Below are positions 38,090 through 47,177 of a stretch of 64,000 nt of DNA, piece by piece. Below the pieces are notes generated by a model. The model had not been told where the DNA came from. It worked only from the letters and a program-made list of their open reading frames with translations, and did no database searches. The translations under genes and the position numbers were made by a program. The stretch's first letter is position 1; every line of letters begins with the position of its first letter. Source of the DNA: Fimbriimonadia bacterium (GTDB lineage: Bacteria; Armatimonadota; Fimbriimonadia; Fimbriimonadales; JABRVX01). The stretch is taken from the NCBI GenBank assembly GCA_041483895.1, contig JBGPGO010000002.1, positions 160,001-224,000 of the forward strand. Direction: 5' to 3'.

Positions 38090-38734
38090 ATGATAGGCGA
38101 CCTGTCGAAAAGGGAATCAGAAATCGTCAAGCTGGCTGCCACTGGCTTGACGGACAAGGCCATTGGACGCAAGCTGGGAATCAGCCAGGGAACGATGAAC
38201 ACGTATTGGACGCGGGTCCGGAACAAACTCAATGCGACCAGTCGGGCCGAGCTTGTCGCCAAGATGATCGAGCATGAAGCGGACCTCGCCAAGGGTGAGG
38301 TTGACCGCCTGCTGCTCATCATAGCCGAAGCGAATCGGATTGAGATGGCCTTGCGGTCCAGTGAGGCTCGGCTTGGAGCCGTATTGGAGCATGCTCCAGA
38401 CGCTATGATGCTTGTGGACGGGGAGACAGGCAAGATCACAACCGTTAATGCGGCCGCGGAACAGCTATCCGGTTACTCACGCGAGGACCTTATTGGCCGT
38501 AGGATAGAATCGATCGTGCCTGAGCGGCTGCGGGAAGGGCACGTCCGCTACAGGAACGAATACTCCGCCCATCCGAGGCGACGGGGCATGAGAGACCACA
38601 CTCCATTGTCCCTCCGCCGCAAAGACGGTGCGGAGATACAGGTGTCCATCTCCCTCAGCTATCTCCGGGACGACGACGAGCTCATCATTATCGCCAGCCT
38701 TCGGGATGAGCGGCACAAAGACCCAAAGGAGTAA
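38090..38734 (+). CDS. LuxR-type HTH + PAS domain regulator
   Basis: LSKRESEI...GLTDKAIG.KLGIS N-terminal HTH; NAAAEQLSGY...RKDG PAS. Confidence 0.88.
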   Translation: MIGDLSKRESEIVKLAATGLTDKAIGRKLGISQGTMNTYWTRVRNKLNATSRAELVAKMIEHEADLAKGEVDRLLLIIAEANRIEMALRSSEARLGAVLEHAPDAMMLVDGETGKITTVNAAAEQLSGYSREDLIGRRIESIVPERLREGHVRYRNEYSAHPRRRGMRDHTPLSLRRKDGAEIQVSISLSYLRDDDELIIIASLRDERHKDPKE

Positions 38735-38860
38735 TTGCGGGGTCCGCTTTCTCGCAACTGTCAGTTCTTCCTGATTCCTAAGTCCAACCACCGGCTGGCA
38801 CGTCCTTCGCCGCTGTGAAATTGGCCCTCGGGCCTAAATCCGCAGCACGGAGGACGATTC

Positions 38861-39760
38861 ATGAAGCGCAGACTGTCATTGCTCGGAGCCATCGCTCTGG
38901 GCGGGATAGCGCATGCCCAATTCGCCGGCGATCTCACCGGGTACGGTGTCAATTTGGGCGGCAATAGTTTCTTGGGTCCTGTCAGCGGCTCCACCTTCGC
39001 CGATTTTCAGCCCGGCACGGGTGGAACCGGCGCCACATCTACCGCGGCTGGCACCGGCTTTACCGACGGTGTGAGTTGGACCATTTGGGACGGTTACGGT
39101 CCGCACGGCAATTCCACGACGGGAACCTACCACAACATCAAGGACTTTGGCGGCCAGCAGTTCGATGCCAAAGCTATGTATCTGTCGAACGACGCAATCT
39201 ATCTGTACGTTAGTATCGTAACCGGGTTCAATCCGAATTCGGTGCACGATCCCTACGGCCGAAGTCGGGACTATCGCGTCGGCGACATCGCCATCAATTC
39301 CGATTGGGCGCACAAGACCGCGGCATACGGTCTGATCTTGCCGACGGCTCCCGACGGCAGCTCCGGCACCGGCGCCATCAAGAAGGGCGGCGTATGGTAC
39401 ACGCCGGACGCCGACGTCGGCTTCGGCCCCCCGGTCTATTCGAACTACAAGAAGAACGGGACCAACGGCGGCTCGTATGACTATAAGTACTCGACGCTCT
39501 TGTATAGCGGTAACCCCGTGAAGTACAAGGACCCAGTCACGAACTCGTTCATCGACATGCACCTCCTCGAAGCTCGAGTGAAGCTGAGCGACATCGGTCT
39601 CGGCGTTGGCGACGTGGCGCATACATCATGGGCCATGTCTTGCAACAATGACTTCATCGAGGGGAATCACATCATCCAAGCCGTACCCGAGCCCGGCGCC
39701 TATGCGGCGATCGGATCTGGGATTGTGACCTTGCTTGGTCTCGGGCGTCGTCGGAAGTAG
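38861..39760 (+). CDS. PEP-CTERM sorting domain protein
   Basis: Signal peptide, WAMSCNND, VPEP + TM + RRRK. Confidence 0.92.
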   Translation: MKRRLSLLGAIALGGIAHAQFAGDLTGYGVNLGGNSFLGPVSGSTFADFQPGTGGTGATSTAAGTGFTDGVSWTIWDGYGPHGNSTTGTYHNIKDFGGQQFDAKAMYLSNDAIYLYVSIVTGFNPNSVHDPYGRSRDYRVGDIAINSDWAHKTAAYGLILPTAPDGSSGTGAIKKGGVWYTPDADVGFGPPVYSNYKKNGTNGGSYDYKYSTLLYSGNPVKYKDPVTNSFIDMHLLEARVKLSDIGLGVGDVAHTSWAMSCNNDFIEGNHIIQAVPEPGAYAAIGSGIVTLLGLGRRRK

Positions 39761-39787
39761 ATTGCCGCCCTGGGAGGGGCAGTGCTC

Positions 39788-39819
39788 ATCCGCCCGGCCG
39801 ATCCCCCGGGCGGATTTTT
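39788..39819. terminator. Intrinsic terminator between convergent genes
   Basis: ATCCGCCCGG/CCGGGCGGAT followed by TTTT. Confidence 0.65.
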
Positions 39820-40420
39820 ATTCTGCCAGACCCCTGACAAGGAGATCCGCGATGGCTGCCGCGCGCTGTTCGACATCTTTTCGCCTTCCCAACTCGGCTG
39901 GGCTCAATGAGTAGGGGATTAATGAATTCGTCGCCAGGATCAGAGTTTTCGCCGTCGGCAGGCTATCTTTGATCGCGAAGCTGCCGTCCCGCTTTCCCTG
40001 CTCCAAGACCTCCGCGAAGATGTGCGCTTCCGCCTCGAAATAGACGGCCCGTCGCGCCATGTAGGCTCCACGGATGGCGGAAAACACCTCCTCCAGTCCT
40101 GTATGGTAGTCACGGACCTTGTCGAATCGGAGCATGACGCGGGCGACCAGCATCTCCGAAAGCCTCACTTCGGGCTGCGTGCTGGATTGCGCGATCGACG
40201 AAAGATCGCTGAGCACGCGCTGCACCACCCGATCGATGCTGGCGAGGGTGATCTCCTCTTTATTCGAAAAGTGTGTGTAAACGGTGCGGCGCCCGATGCC
40301 GGCTTCCCGCGCAATATCCTCGATCGTCATCTTCTGGTAGCCGGATCGCGCGAGGAGCGTCTCGGTCGCGTCCATAATCGCGTCTCGGTAATCGATCTTA
40401 CGTGAAGTTTGTATGCTCAT
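39818..40420 (-). CDS. TetR/AcrR family transcriptional regulator
   Basis: GYQKMTIEDIAREAGIGRRTVYTHFSNKE. Confidence 0.95.
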   Translation of the reverse strand: MSIQTSRKIDYRDAIMDATETLLARSGYQKMTIEDIAREAGIGRRTVYTHFSNKEEITLASIDRVVQRVLSDLSSIAQSSTQPEVRLSEMLVARVMLRFDKVRDYHTGLEEVFSAIRGAYMARRAVYFEAEAHIFAEVLEQGKRDGSFAIKDSLPTAKTLILATNSLIPYSLSPAELGRRKDVEQRAAAIADLLVRGLAE

Positions 40421-40428
40421 GGCTCACT

Positions 40429-40453
40429 TGCACAGATTCCGTGTGATTGTGCA
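40429..40453. promoter_or_regulatory. Candidate TetR operator
   Basis: TGCACA-N13-TGTGCA palindrome in the divergent intergenic region. Confidence 0.4.
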
Positions 40454-40511
40454 TGACTGTACTACGGGACCAATGCGTCGTCCGTTGTCGCCGAACAAGT
40501 AGAATGCAAAA

Positions 40512-41480
40512 ATGAATCACCAGACCCGCGTGTATGAGAGCATATTTGAAATGCTGCCGAACGTCGATAATCCTTCCCCGCTCGTGCGCATCAATCGCCT
40601 GAATCCGAACGCCGATTTTCTCCTCTATGCAAAATTGGAATGGAAGAATCCGTTTGGTTCGCTGAAGGATCGGGCGGCTTGGTACATGATGAAGGCCTTG
40701 GAAGAGAGCGGGGAGCTGAGCGAGAAGCGAGGCTTTGTGGAGCCGACATCAGGCAATACCGGGATCAGCTTGGCGGGATTGGCGGGAGCGCGTGGCTACC
40801 CGATGCGCTCGGTGGTTCCCAATAAGGTTCCCATGGAAAAGAAGCTGCTTCTCAAGATCATGGGCTCGCAACTGGACGTTGTGAATGACGAACTATGTCC
40901 GGCGCCAGGTCTTGGCGAGGGGTCCATCAATCTGGCAAAGACCCATGCAAGGGCGTCCAGCGATCGCTATGTGATGCCGAACCAGTATGAGAACGAACAC
41001 AACGTGCAGGCCCACGAAGAGACGACGGGGCCGGAGATCATGCGGCAGACAGAGGGCAAAGTAACGCATGTATTCGTGACGTTAGGCACCTGCGGAACCG
41101 TGACGGGACTTGGACGATATTTCAGGGAGCACAAGCCGGACGTCAAGATTTACGCCATTCAACCGACCGAGGGCCACGATGTGCCGGGCCTTCGGAACAT
41201 CAGCCAATTGGGTGTTTCCAAGCTGTTCGATCCGTCGCTGATTCACGAGATCATGGAAGTCGATTACGAGCTTGCCTATACGAGGGCGCTGGATCTCTGC
41301 CGCCACGAAGGTTTGCTTGCGGGCCCCAGCGCGGGGTTGGTATTCGAAGGAGCCTTGCGGGTGGTAGGCCAAGAGGCCGTGGGGCATGGGGTCATGATTT
41401 TTGCCGATGACGTGTTCAAGTATACTTCCAACATGGCGAAACACATTCCGTCGTTGATGGAAGACACTTCGCCAAAATAG
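40512..41480 (+). CDS. PLP-dependent cysteine synthase family protein
   Basis: KLEWKNPFGSLKDR, EPTSGNTG, GTCGT. Confidence 0.9.
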   Translation: MNHQTRVYESIFEMLPNVDNPSPLVRINRLNPNADFLLYAKLEWKNPFGSLKDRAAWYMMKALEESGELSEKRGFVEPTSGNTGISLAGLAGARGYPMRSVVPNKVPMEKKLLLKIMGSQLDVVNDELCPAPGLGEGSINLAKTHARASSDRYVMPNQYENEHNVQAHEETTGPEIMRQTEGKVTHVFVTLGTCGTVTGLGRYFREHKPDVKIYAIQPTEGHDVPGLRNISQLGVSKLFDPSLIHEIMEVDYELAYTRALDLCRHEGLLAGPSAGLVFEGALRVVGQEAVGHGVMIFADDVFKYTSNMAKHIPSLMEDTSPK

Positions 41481-41500
41481 CCTAGATTCAGGGAGGCGAT

Positions 41501-42349
41501 ATGGCGGAATATGCACACGCGGAGGTCCTGGTTACAACCGATTGGGTCAAGGAGAACATCGGGAAGCCGGGAATCAAATTTGTCGAGATTGATGTCGATA
41601 CGACTCAATATGATGCGGGGCACATCCCAGGATCGATTGCTTTCAACTGGCAGACGCAGTTGCAGGATCAGATTCGAAGGGACATAATTTCCAAGGCAGA
41701 GTTCGAGAAGATGCTTGGGGGAGCGGGGATCTCGAACAACGACATTGTGATTTTGTACGGCGACAACAACAACTGGTTTGCGGCCTACGGCTTCTGGCTG
41801 TTCAAAATGTACGGGCACAAGGACGTACGATTGATGAACGGTGGACGCCAGAAGTGGCTCAACGAGCCTGACAAGCCGCTCACCACCGACCCGACGCACA
41901 CGTCGCCGACGACCTACACGGCCGCGAGCCCTGATTTGAGCTTGCGGGCATTCGTCCGCGATGCGATGGAGGCTTCCGGTTCGGGCAGCGTCAATCTGGT
42001 GGATGTCCGATCTCCAGCCGAATTTACCGGTGAGATCATCGCTCCGGCCGGCATGACGGAGACCGCGCAGCGCGGCGGCCATATTCCCGGCGCGAAGAGC
42101 GTCCCATGGTCGATCGCGGTTCAGGAGAACGGCGCGTTCAAGTCGGCGGACGAGCTTCGAAAGATCTATTTCGAAGACAAGGGCGTCGATCCGAACAAGC
42201 CGACGATCGCATATTGCCGAATTGGAGAGCGGTCCAGTCACACATGGTTCGTGCTCAAGTATCTGCTTGGCCAGAACAATGTGAAGAACTACGACGGCAG
42301 TTGGACGGAGTATGGCAACCTGATCTCCGCCCCGATCGAGAAGCCATAG
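41501..42349 (+). CDS. Thiosulfate sulfurtransferase (two-domain rhodanese)
   Basis: GHIPG twice, YCRIGERS, NYDGSWTEYG. Confidence 0.95.
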   Translation: MAEYAHAEVLVTTDWVKENIGKPGIKFVEIDVDTTQYDAGHIPGSIAFNWQTQLQDQIRRDIISKAEFEKMLGGAGISNNDIVILYGDNNNWFAAYGFWLFKMYGHKDVRLMNGGRQKWLNEPDKPLTTDPTHTSPTTYTAASPDLSLRAFVRDAMEASGSGSVNLVDVRSPAEFTGEIIAPAGMTETAQRGGHIPGAKSVPWSIAVQENGAFKSADELRKIYFEDKGVDPNKPTIAYCRIGERSSHTWFVLKYLLGQNNVKNYDGSWTEYGNLISAPIEKP

Positions 42350-43596
42350 AGTCAGGCCGACCGCGCGTAGTCATTGTTGGGGCCGGTTTCGGTGGTCTGC
42401 AGGCCGCGAAGCGTCTTGCCAAAGCGCCGGTCCAGGTGACTGTCGTAGATTGCGCCAATCATCATTTGTTCCAGCCGTTGCTCTATCAGGTGGCAACGGC
42501 TGGTCTGTCCCCGGCTAACATCGCCAGTCCAATCCGCAGCATCCTGCATCGCCAGAAGAACCTCGAGGTCCAGATGGCGGAGGCGACCGGGGTGGACGTT
42601 TCCGGTGGCCGGCTGCTCACTCGCGAAGGTCACGTCCCCTATGACACGTTGATTCTTGCGACGGGCGCCCGGCATTCGTATTTCGGCCATCCCGAATGGG
42701 AACAGCATGCGCCGGGGCTGAAATCGATCGAGGACGCGATTCGAATCCGGCGCAACATCCTGATCGCCTTCGAGCGCGCCGAGTTGGAACCAAACGAGCA
42801 GAAAAGGAGAGAATGGCTGACGTTCGTGGTGGTGGGCGGCGGGCCGACCGGTGTGGAATTGGCGGGGGCGATTGCGGAATTGGCCCAGCGGGCGCTTGCC
42901 TCCGATTTCGATCATATCGAGCCGAAGTCCGCGAGCATTCTTCTCATCGAGGCGGGTCCGCGAGTCTTGCCTGCCCTAGCCGAACGCCTTTCGCAAAAGG
43001 CGCTTGAGTCGCTGCGGGGTCTGCACGTTGAGGTGATGCTGGACAAGCGCGTGGAGAATGTTGCGGATTGGGGTGTGCTGGCCGGCGATACGGAGATCCG
43101 CTCGCGCACGGTTTTGTGGGCGGCGGGCGTCGCGCCGTCCCCGGTCGCGGGGTGGCTCGGCAAAGAATCGGATCAGCAGGGTCGAATCCTGGTGAGTCCG
43201 GACCTTTCCGTTCCGGGCTGTCCCAACGTTTTCGTTATTGGCGATGCCGCCCGTTTGGACCAGGACGGCCGACCGCTTCCGGGTCTTGCGCCGGTCGCGG
43301 TCCAGCAAGGCGATTATGTGGCCCGGCTGATCGCCCGCCGCGCATGCGGAAAGCCGGACCTGCCGCCGTTTCACTATTTGGACAAGGGCCAACTGGCAAC
43401 GATAGGCCGATCGTCCGCGGTCGCCGATATATTTGGGCTCAAACTCAGCGGGCTCCTCGCCTGGTTGATCTGGAGCTTTGTTCATATCATGCTGCTGGTC
43501 GGCTTCCGCAACAGGCTGCTGGTCTTCATCGAATGGGTTTGGGCCTACGTCACCTTCCAGCGTGGCGCGCGCCTGATCACGAATGCCGATCCTTAA
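42346..43596 (+). CDS. ndh: Type II NADH:quinone oxidoreductase (probable ATA start)
   Basis: VVIVGAGFGG, HHLFQPLLYQVATA, GGGPTGVELAG, LPGLAPVAVQQG. Confidence 0.9.
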   Translation: MESGRPRVVIVGAGFGGLQAAKRLAKAPVQVTVVDCANHHLFQPLLYQVATAGLSPANIASPIRSILHRQKNLEVQMAEATGVDVSGGRLLTREGHVPYDTLILATGARHSYFGHPEWEQHAPGLKSIEDAIRIRRNILIAFERAELEPNEQKRREWLTFVVVGGGPTGVELAGAIAELAQRALASDFDHIEPKSASILLIEAGPRVLPALAERLSQKALESLRGLHVEVMLDKRVENVADWGVLAGDTEIRSRTVLWAAGVAPSPVAGWLGKESDQQGRILVSPDLSVPGCPNVFVIGDAARLDQDGRPLPGLAPVAVQQGDYVARLIARRACGKPDLPPFHYLDKGQLATIGRSSAVADIFGLKLSGLLAWLIWSFVHIMLLVGFRNRLLVFIEWVWAYVTFQRGARLITNADP

Positions 43597-43636
43597 CAGG
43601 TTGTTTCTTGGCCGCCGTACGGGCGATACTTGGCGC

Positions 43637-44599
43637 ATGACCAAGCGCGCCTGGCTTCTCTTCGGTGTTCTGCTCGCCGCCGCCGGATTTGGAATCACCG
43701 AGTTTTCCATCCACCGGCAGGACGTCAAAGACCCCGCCGCCGGGCGCCAGCTTCCACCGATTCCACCGAGTCAAGCCGATCATTCCAGGCCATACGAGCG
43801 GTTCTTCGTCTTCGGAGATTTTGGCACCGGCGGAAAAGGACAAAGAACGGTCGCCCACGCCATTGTCGATACAGCAAAGCGGGACGGCTTGGATTTCGTC
43901 ATCCTGACCGGCGACAATTTTTATCCCAAGGGCGTGGCATCCGTGGACGATCCTTTGTGGAAAACCCGATTTGAAGACCTGTACGGCCGCCTACATGTAC
44001 CGTTTTATGTGGCGCTGGGCAATCACGACTATATCGGCAGCCCGGAAGCGGAGATCGAGTACGGCAGCAAAGACCCGGACTGGAAGATGCCCGCCCGCTA
44101 CTATGCCGAAACTCGAACATTGAAGGACGGAACGGCAATCAAGATCATCATCATCGACACCAACGCGATCATCGAGGGGCATGGCGATGAGCAGCTTGCC
44201 TGGCTGGACCGCGAGCTTGATGATGCCCGTGCCCGGTGGAAGTTCGTCGTCGGCCATCACCCGGTTTTTTCGCACGGCAAACACGGCGATACCAAGATTC
44301 TCAAGGAGAAGCTCGAGCCGATTCTGGAGCGGCGCCACGCGGACGTATATTTCTGCGGCCACGACCATACGTTGGAGATGTTGAAGCCCGTCGATGGAGT
44401 CAACTACGTTGTGTCGGGCGCGGGCGGCGGCACGGATAACGCGTACAACGTTCAGTGGACGGATGCCTCGGAATATGCGGCGACGCGGGGCGGTTTCGTG
44501 GAGGCCACCGTGCGCAAGGACGACCTCGTCATCGGTTTCGTTCGGCCGGATGGCAAGACTCAGTTTGCCCAAACGATCTCGAAATCAGCGGTCCGTTAG
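43637..44599 (+). CDS. Metallophosphoesterase (purple acid phosphatase-like)
   Basis: GDFG, GDNFY, GNHD, GHHP, GHDH motifs; N-terminal signal. Confidence 0.92.
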   Translation: MTKRAWLLFGVLLAAAGFGITEFSIHRQDVKDPAAGRQLPPIPPSQADHSRPYERFFVFGDFGTGGKGQRTVAHAIVDTAKRDGLDFVILTGDNFYPKGVASVDDPLWKTRFEDLYGRLHVPFYVALGNHDYIGSPEAEIEYGSKDPDWKMPARYYAETRTLKDGTAIKIIIIDTNAIIEGHGDEQLAWLDRELDDARARWKFVVGHHPVFSHGKHGDTKILKEKLEPILERRHADVYFCGHDHTLEMLKPVDGVNYVVSGAGGGTDNAYNVQWTDASEYAATRGGFVEATVRKDDLVIGFVRPDGKTQFAQTISKSAVR

Positions 44600-44980
44600 C
44601 TCGATGGTGTGCTCGTCCGGATCCTCGATGAAATAGGACCTGCGGCCGGTGCCGAAATCCACCGGTCCGCGCAGCTCATGGCCATCCTCTTGCAGTTTCT
44701 CGCACACTTGGTCCAACTCGCTTCGATCGATGAGGAACGCCACATGATAGAGGCTGCCTCGTGGACCGCCTTTGCGCTCGATGTAGTCCACGGCGAGTTT
44801 TGTTCCCGGGTCTTCCGGCAGGAACAGAACCAAGAGGAAGTTGCCGCTTCGCAGGAAGGCGTTCTGGCCCGAATTGATCTCCTCGACCTCGAATCCCAGG
44901 CTGTCCCGATAGAATTGGATCGACCGGTCCAGGTCCCGGACCCAAAGCGCCAACTCGGAAATGCCGCGTACGGGACCTAT
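44585..44980 (-). CDS. VOC/glyoxalase family protein (probable ATA start)
   Basis: ELALWVRDLDRSIQFY, HVAF, YFIEDPDEHTIE. Confidence 0.88.
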   Translation of the reverse strand: MGPVRGISELALWVRDLDRSIQFYRDSLGFEVEEINSGQNAFLRSGNFLLVLFLPEDPGTKLAVDYIERKGGPRGSLYHVAFLIDRSELDQVCEKLQEDGHELRGPVDFGTGRRSYFIEDPDEHTIELTDR

Positions 44981-46308
44981 TTCGACGCCTCCAACCCCAG
45001 CGCAGCGATCTCCTGGCTCATATCGCCGTCCAGCAATACTCCGCCCGCTCCGGGACCGGGCAGAATCTTGCGCAGCTCATGAGCTAAAACAGGTAGGTCG
45101 GACGGATTCTTGCACAGCACCTGCACCCACAGAATCGCCATCTCGTCCGTCGTCTTATTGCCGAAATGGACCAATTTGGGCGGGCTATTTGGGTTGCGCG
45201 GATTGTCGGCGGAATTGTCGTAGGTGAACTCCATCTTCAGCTTCGTGCCTTTTGGCAGCGGGATGTGATTCTTGTAGATATATTGGTCTTGCCAGTTGAA
45301 ATTCCAATTGCTGATCCAGATGAGCGGCTTCTTGGTTCCGTCGGGCAGGATCGCAGTCCCCTTCATATCGCGGCACAGAAGATGGGCGTGCGGAAATACG
45401 CCGGTCGCTTCCGTGTCTACTGGCAGCGTATATTCGGCGGCGACCTTGTAGTCCTTCTTGCCGGGTGCGATGAGAATGTTCGCGGATGCGAGCGGGACGA
45501 GAACCGGGACGTTTCTGGGTTTCTTATCGGTGAAATAGAAGCCGATGCTGGACTGATCGGTCTCCTTTTTGCCCGTTGGATAGTAGTGTATCTGCACGAC
45601 GATATCGGAGCCTCTTTTTAGCAGTTTGGCGACGCCTTCGGGATAGGGCCGGAAGAACGTGCCGGGCGCCCAACCGCCGAAGCCACCGGAGGGGAAGAAT
45701 CCGGGACCCGCGAAGCTCGTGTAGCCGGGGCCGTCGTCGCCCGCATCCATCTTCCGCGCTTGGCCCTTCGTGTCCATATAGATCAGAGCGTGGTGGACGC
45801 AGCGGCGATTGCCGGGCCGAAATTCCACAGCCTTTACCCATTTGTCTTCCGGGATATTCACAGGCAGCACGAAGCAGCGATAGATGTCCGGACCTTCCGC
45901 GGATTTGGTGTAGGCCTCCGGCATCTTGACGATCAGGTCCGGCTTGCCTCCTTGCCATCCTTCCGTAAAGGCAGGGGCTTTCGGCATTGCTTTGGCATTG
46001 CCTTCCGGCGCGCCGCCCGCGACCCACGCCTTCAACATCGCGATATCCTTTTCCGGAAGCCTGCGCTCGCCGACAAACTCCCCATGGCTCTCCGCGCCCC
46101 ATGGCGGCATGAGGCGACGGCCCGTCACGGCGACCATCTGCTCCGCATGCTGCTTCGCGTCCTGATAGGAAAGGAGCGGGAAGGGAGCGACCTCGCCTGG
46201 CCGGTGGCACTCGGCGCAGTTCTTGAACAGAATCGGCGCGATGTCTTTCGTAAAGGTCGGCGTTTGGTCGGCGCCTAGGGCGAGAAGCAGGAGCGGCAGG
46301 AACATCAT
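44977..46308 (-). CDS. Cytochrome c + copper type II (PHM/DBM-like) monooxygenase domain protein
   Basis: CAECH heme motif; VHH, QIHY, PHAH and DEM copper-site motifs; signal peptide. Confidence 0.82.
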   Translation of the reverse strand: MMFLPLLLLALGADQTPTFTKDIAPILFKNCAECHRPGEVAPFPLLSYQDAKQHAEQMVAVTGRRLMPPWGAESHGEFVGERRLPEKDIAMLKAWVAGGAPEGNAKAMPKAPAFTEGWQGGKPDLIVKMPEAYTKSAEGPDIYRCFVLPVNIPEDKWVKAVEFRPGNRRCVHHALIYMDTKGQARKMDAGDDGPGYTSFAGPGFFPSGGFGGWAPGTFFRPYPEGVAKLLKRGSDIVVQIHYYPTGKKETDQSSIGFYFTDKKPRNVPVLVPLASANILIAPGKKDYKVAAEYTLPVDTEATGVFPHAHLLCRDMKGTAILPDGTKKPLIWISNWNFNWQDQYIYKNHIPLPKGTKLKMEFTYDNSADNPRNPNSPPKLVHFGNKTTDEMAILWVQVLCKNPSDLPVLAHELRKILPGPGAGGVLLDGDMSQEIAALGLEASK

Positions 46309-46409
46309 AGGGTCATTATGGTCTAAAAGAGAACCTCTGTAGCCCCGGGTCCGCATGGCAACCAGCTTCCTACCAGAAACCGGTCAAGGCCCGGGGAGAG
46401 CTGATACCG

Positions 46410-46952
46410 CTAACGCTCGCGGATAGCCGGAATGATGCAACCGACCGGGGCCGTACGTGAGACCGGGACCCGTTTCCCGGCCAGGATCGCATCGAGAGCG
46501 TTGCGCAATTCATGCTTGGTCGGCTTCAGGCGCCTCACACCCAACTCAGGGAACAGGTCGTCAATCCGGCCCAAATACTGAAGCTTCCCATCTTTCGAAT
46601 AGACCGCGGCGGTGGGCGTTATCGTTGCGCCCGCCTTCTTCACCAACTTATGGTCCGGGTCCAACAAAACGGGGCAGGTAATGCCGAATTCGTTGGCATG
46701 TTTCGCCGCCTCCTCCCGCGTCAACGTCGTATCGACATGCACGAGAAAGAAGCCGACCTTCTTCTTCGAATAGTCCTTCACGAGCTGATTGATGGTTGGC
46801 ACATAGGCGTTGGAGACGGGGCAGTCTTGGGTGACAAAGATGAGCACGACGCAGATGTTCTTACCTGTGTCCAGCGGATTGGCCTGGTGACCGGTGACGT
46901 CGGCAATCGCGGTGCCGGCCTGAAACATCGCGAGGACTAATAGCAGCGTCAT
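46410..46952 (-). CDS. Redoxin/AhpC-like thioredoxin-fold protein
   Basis: DCPVSNAY, TP, YLGRIDD, GCII; precedes the monooxygenase gene. Confidence 0.88.
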   Translation of the reverse strand: MTLLLVLAMFQAGTAIADVTGHQANPLDTGKNICVVLIFVTQDCPVSNAYVPTINQLVKDYSKKKVGFFLVHVDTTLTREEAAKHANEFGITCPVLLDPDHKLVKKAGATITPTAAVYSKDGKLQYLGRIDDLFPELGVRRLKPTKHELRNALDAILAGKRVPVSRTAPVGCIIPAIRER

Positions 46953-47177
46953 TGGATTGCATTATAGCGAATCAGCACGTCCCGGTCGGTTTCCGGCCGG
47001 GACGTTGCAGCGGAAGGATTAGGAGGACAAAAGACGAAACAGTACGCCGCATGCGATATCGTCCAAGGGCTCACGAGCCGAATATGCCGTGGGCGCCCGT
47101 TGTCAACCGGATCCAGGGCAAATTCCGTACCAAAACGGTGGAAGCTCGCACAAATTCGAGGGGATCTGCCGCTGGCC

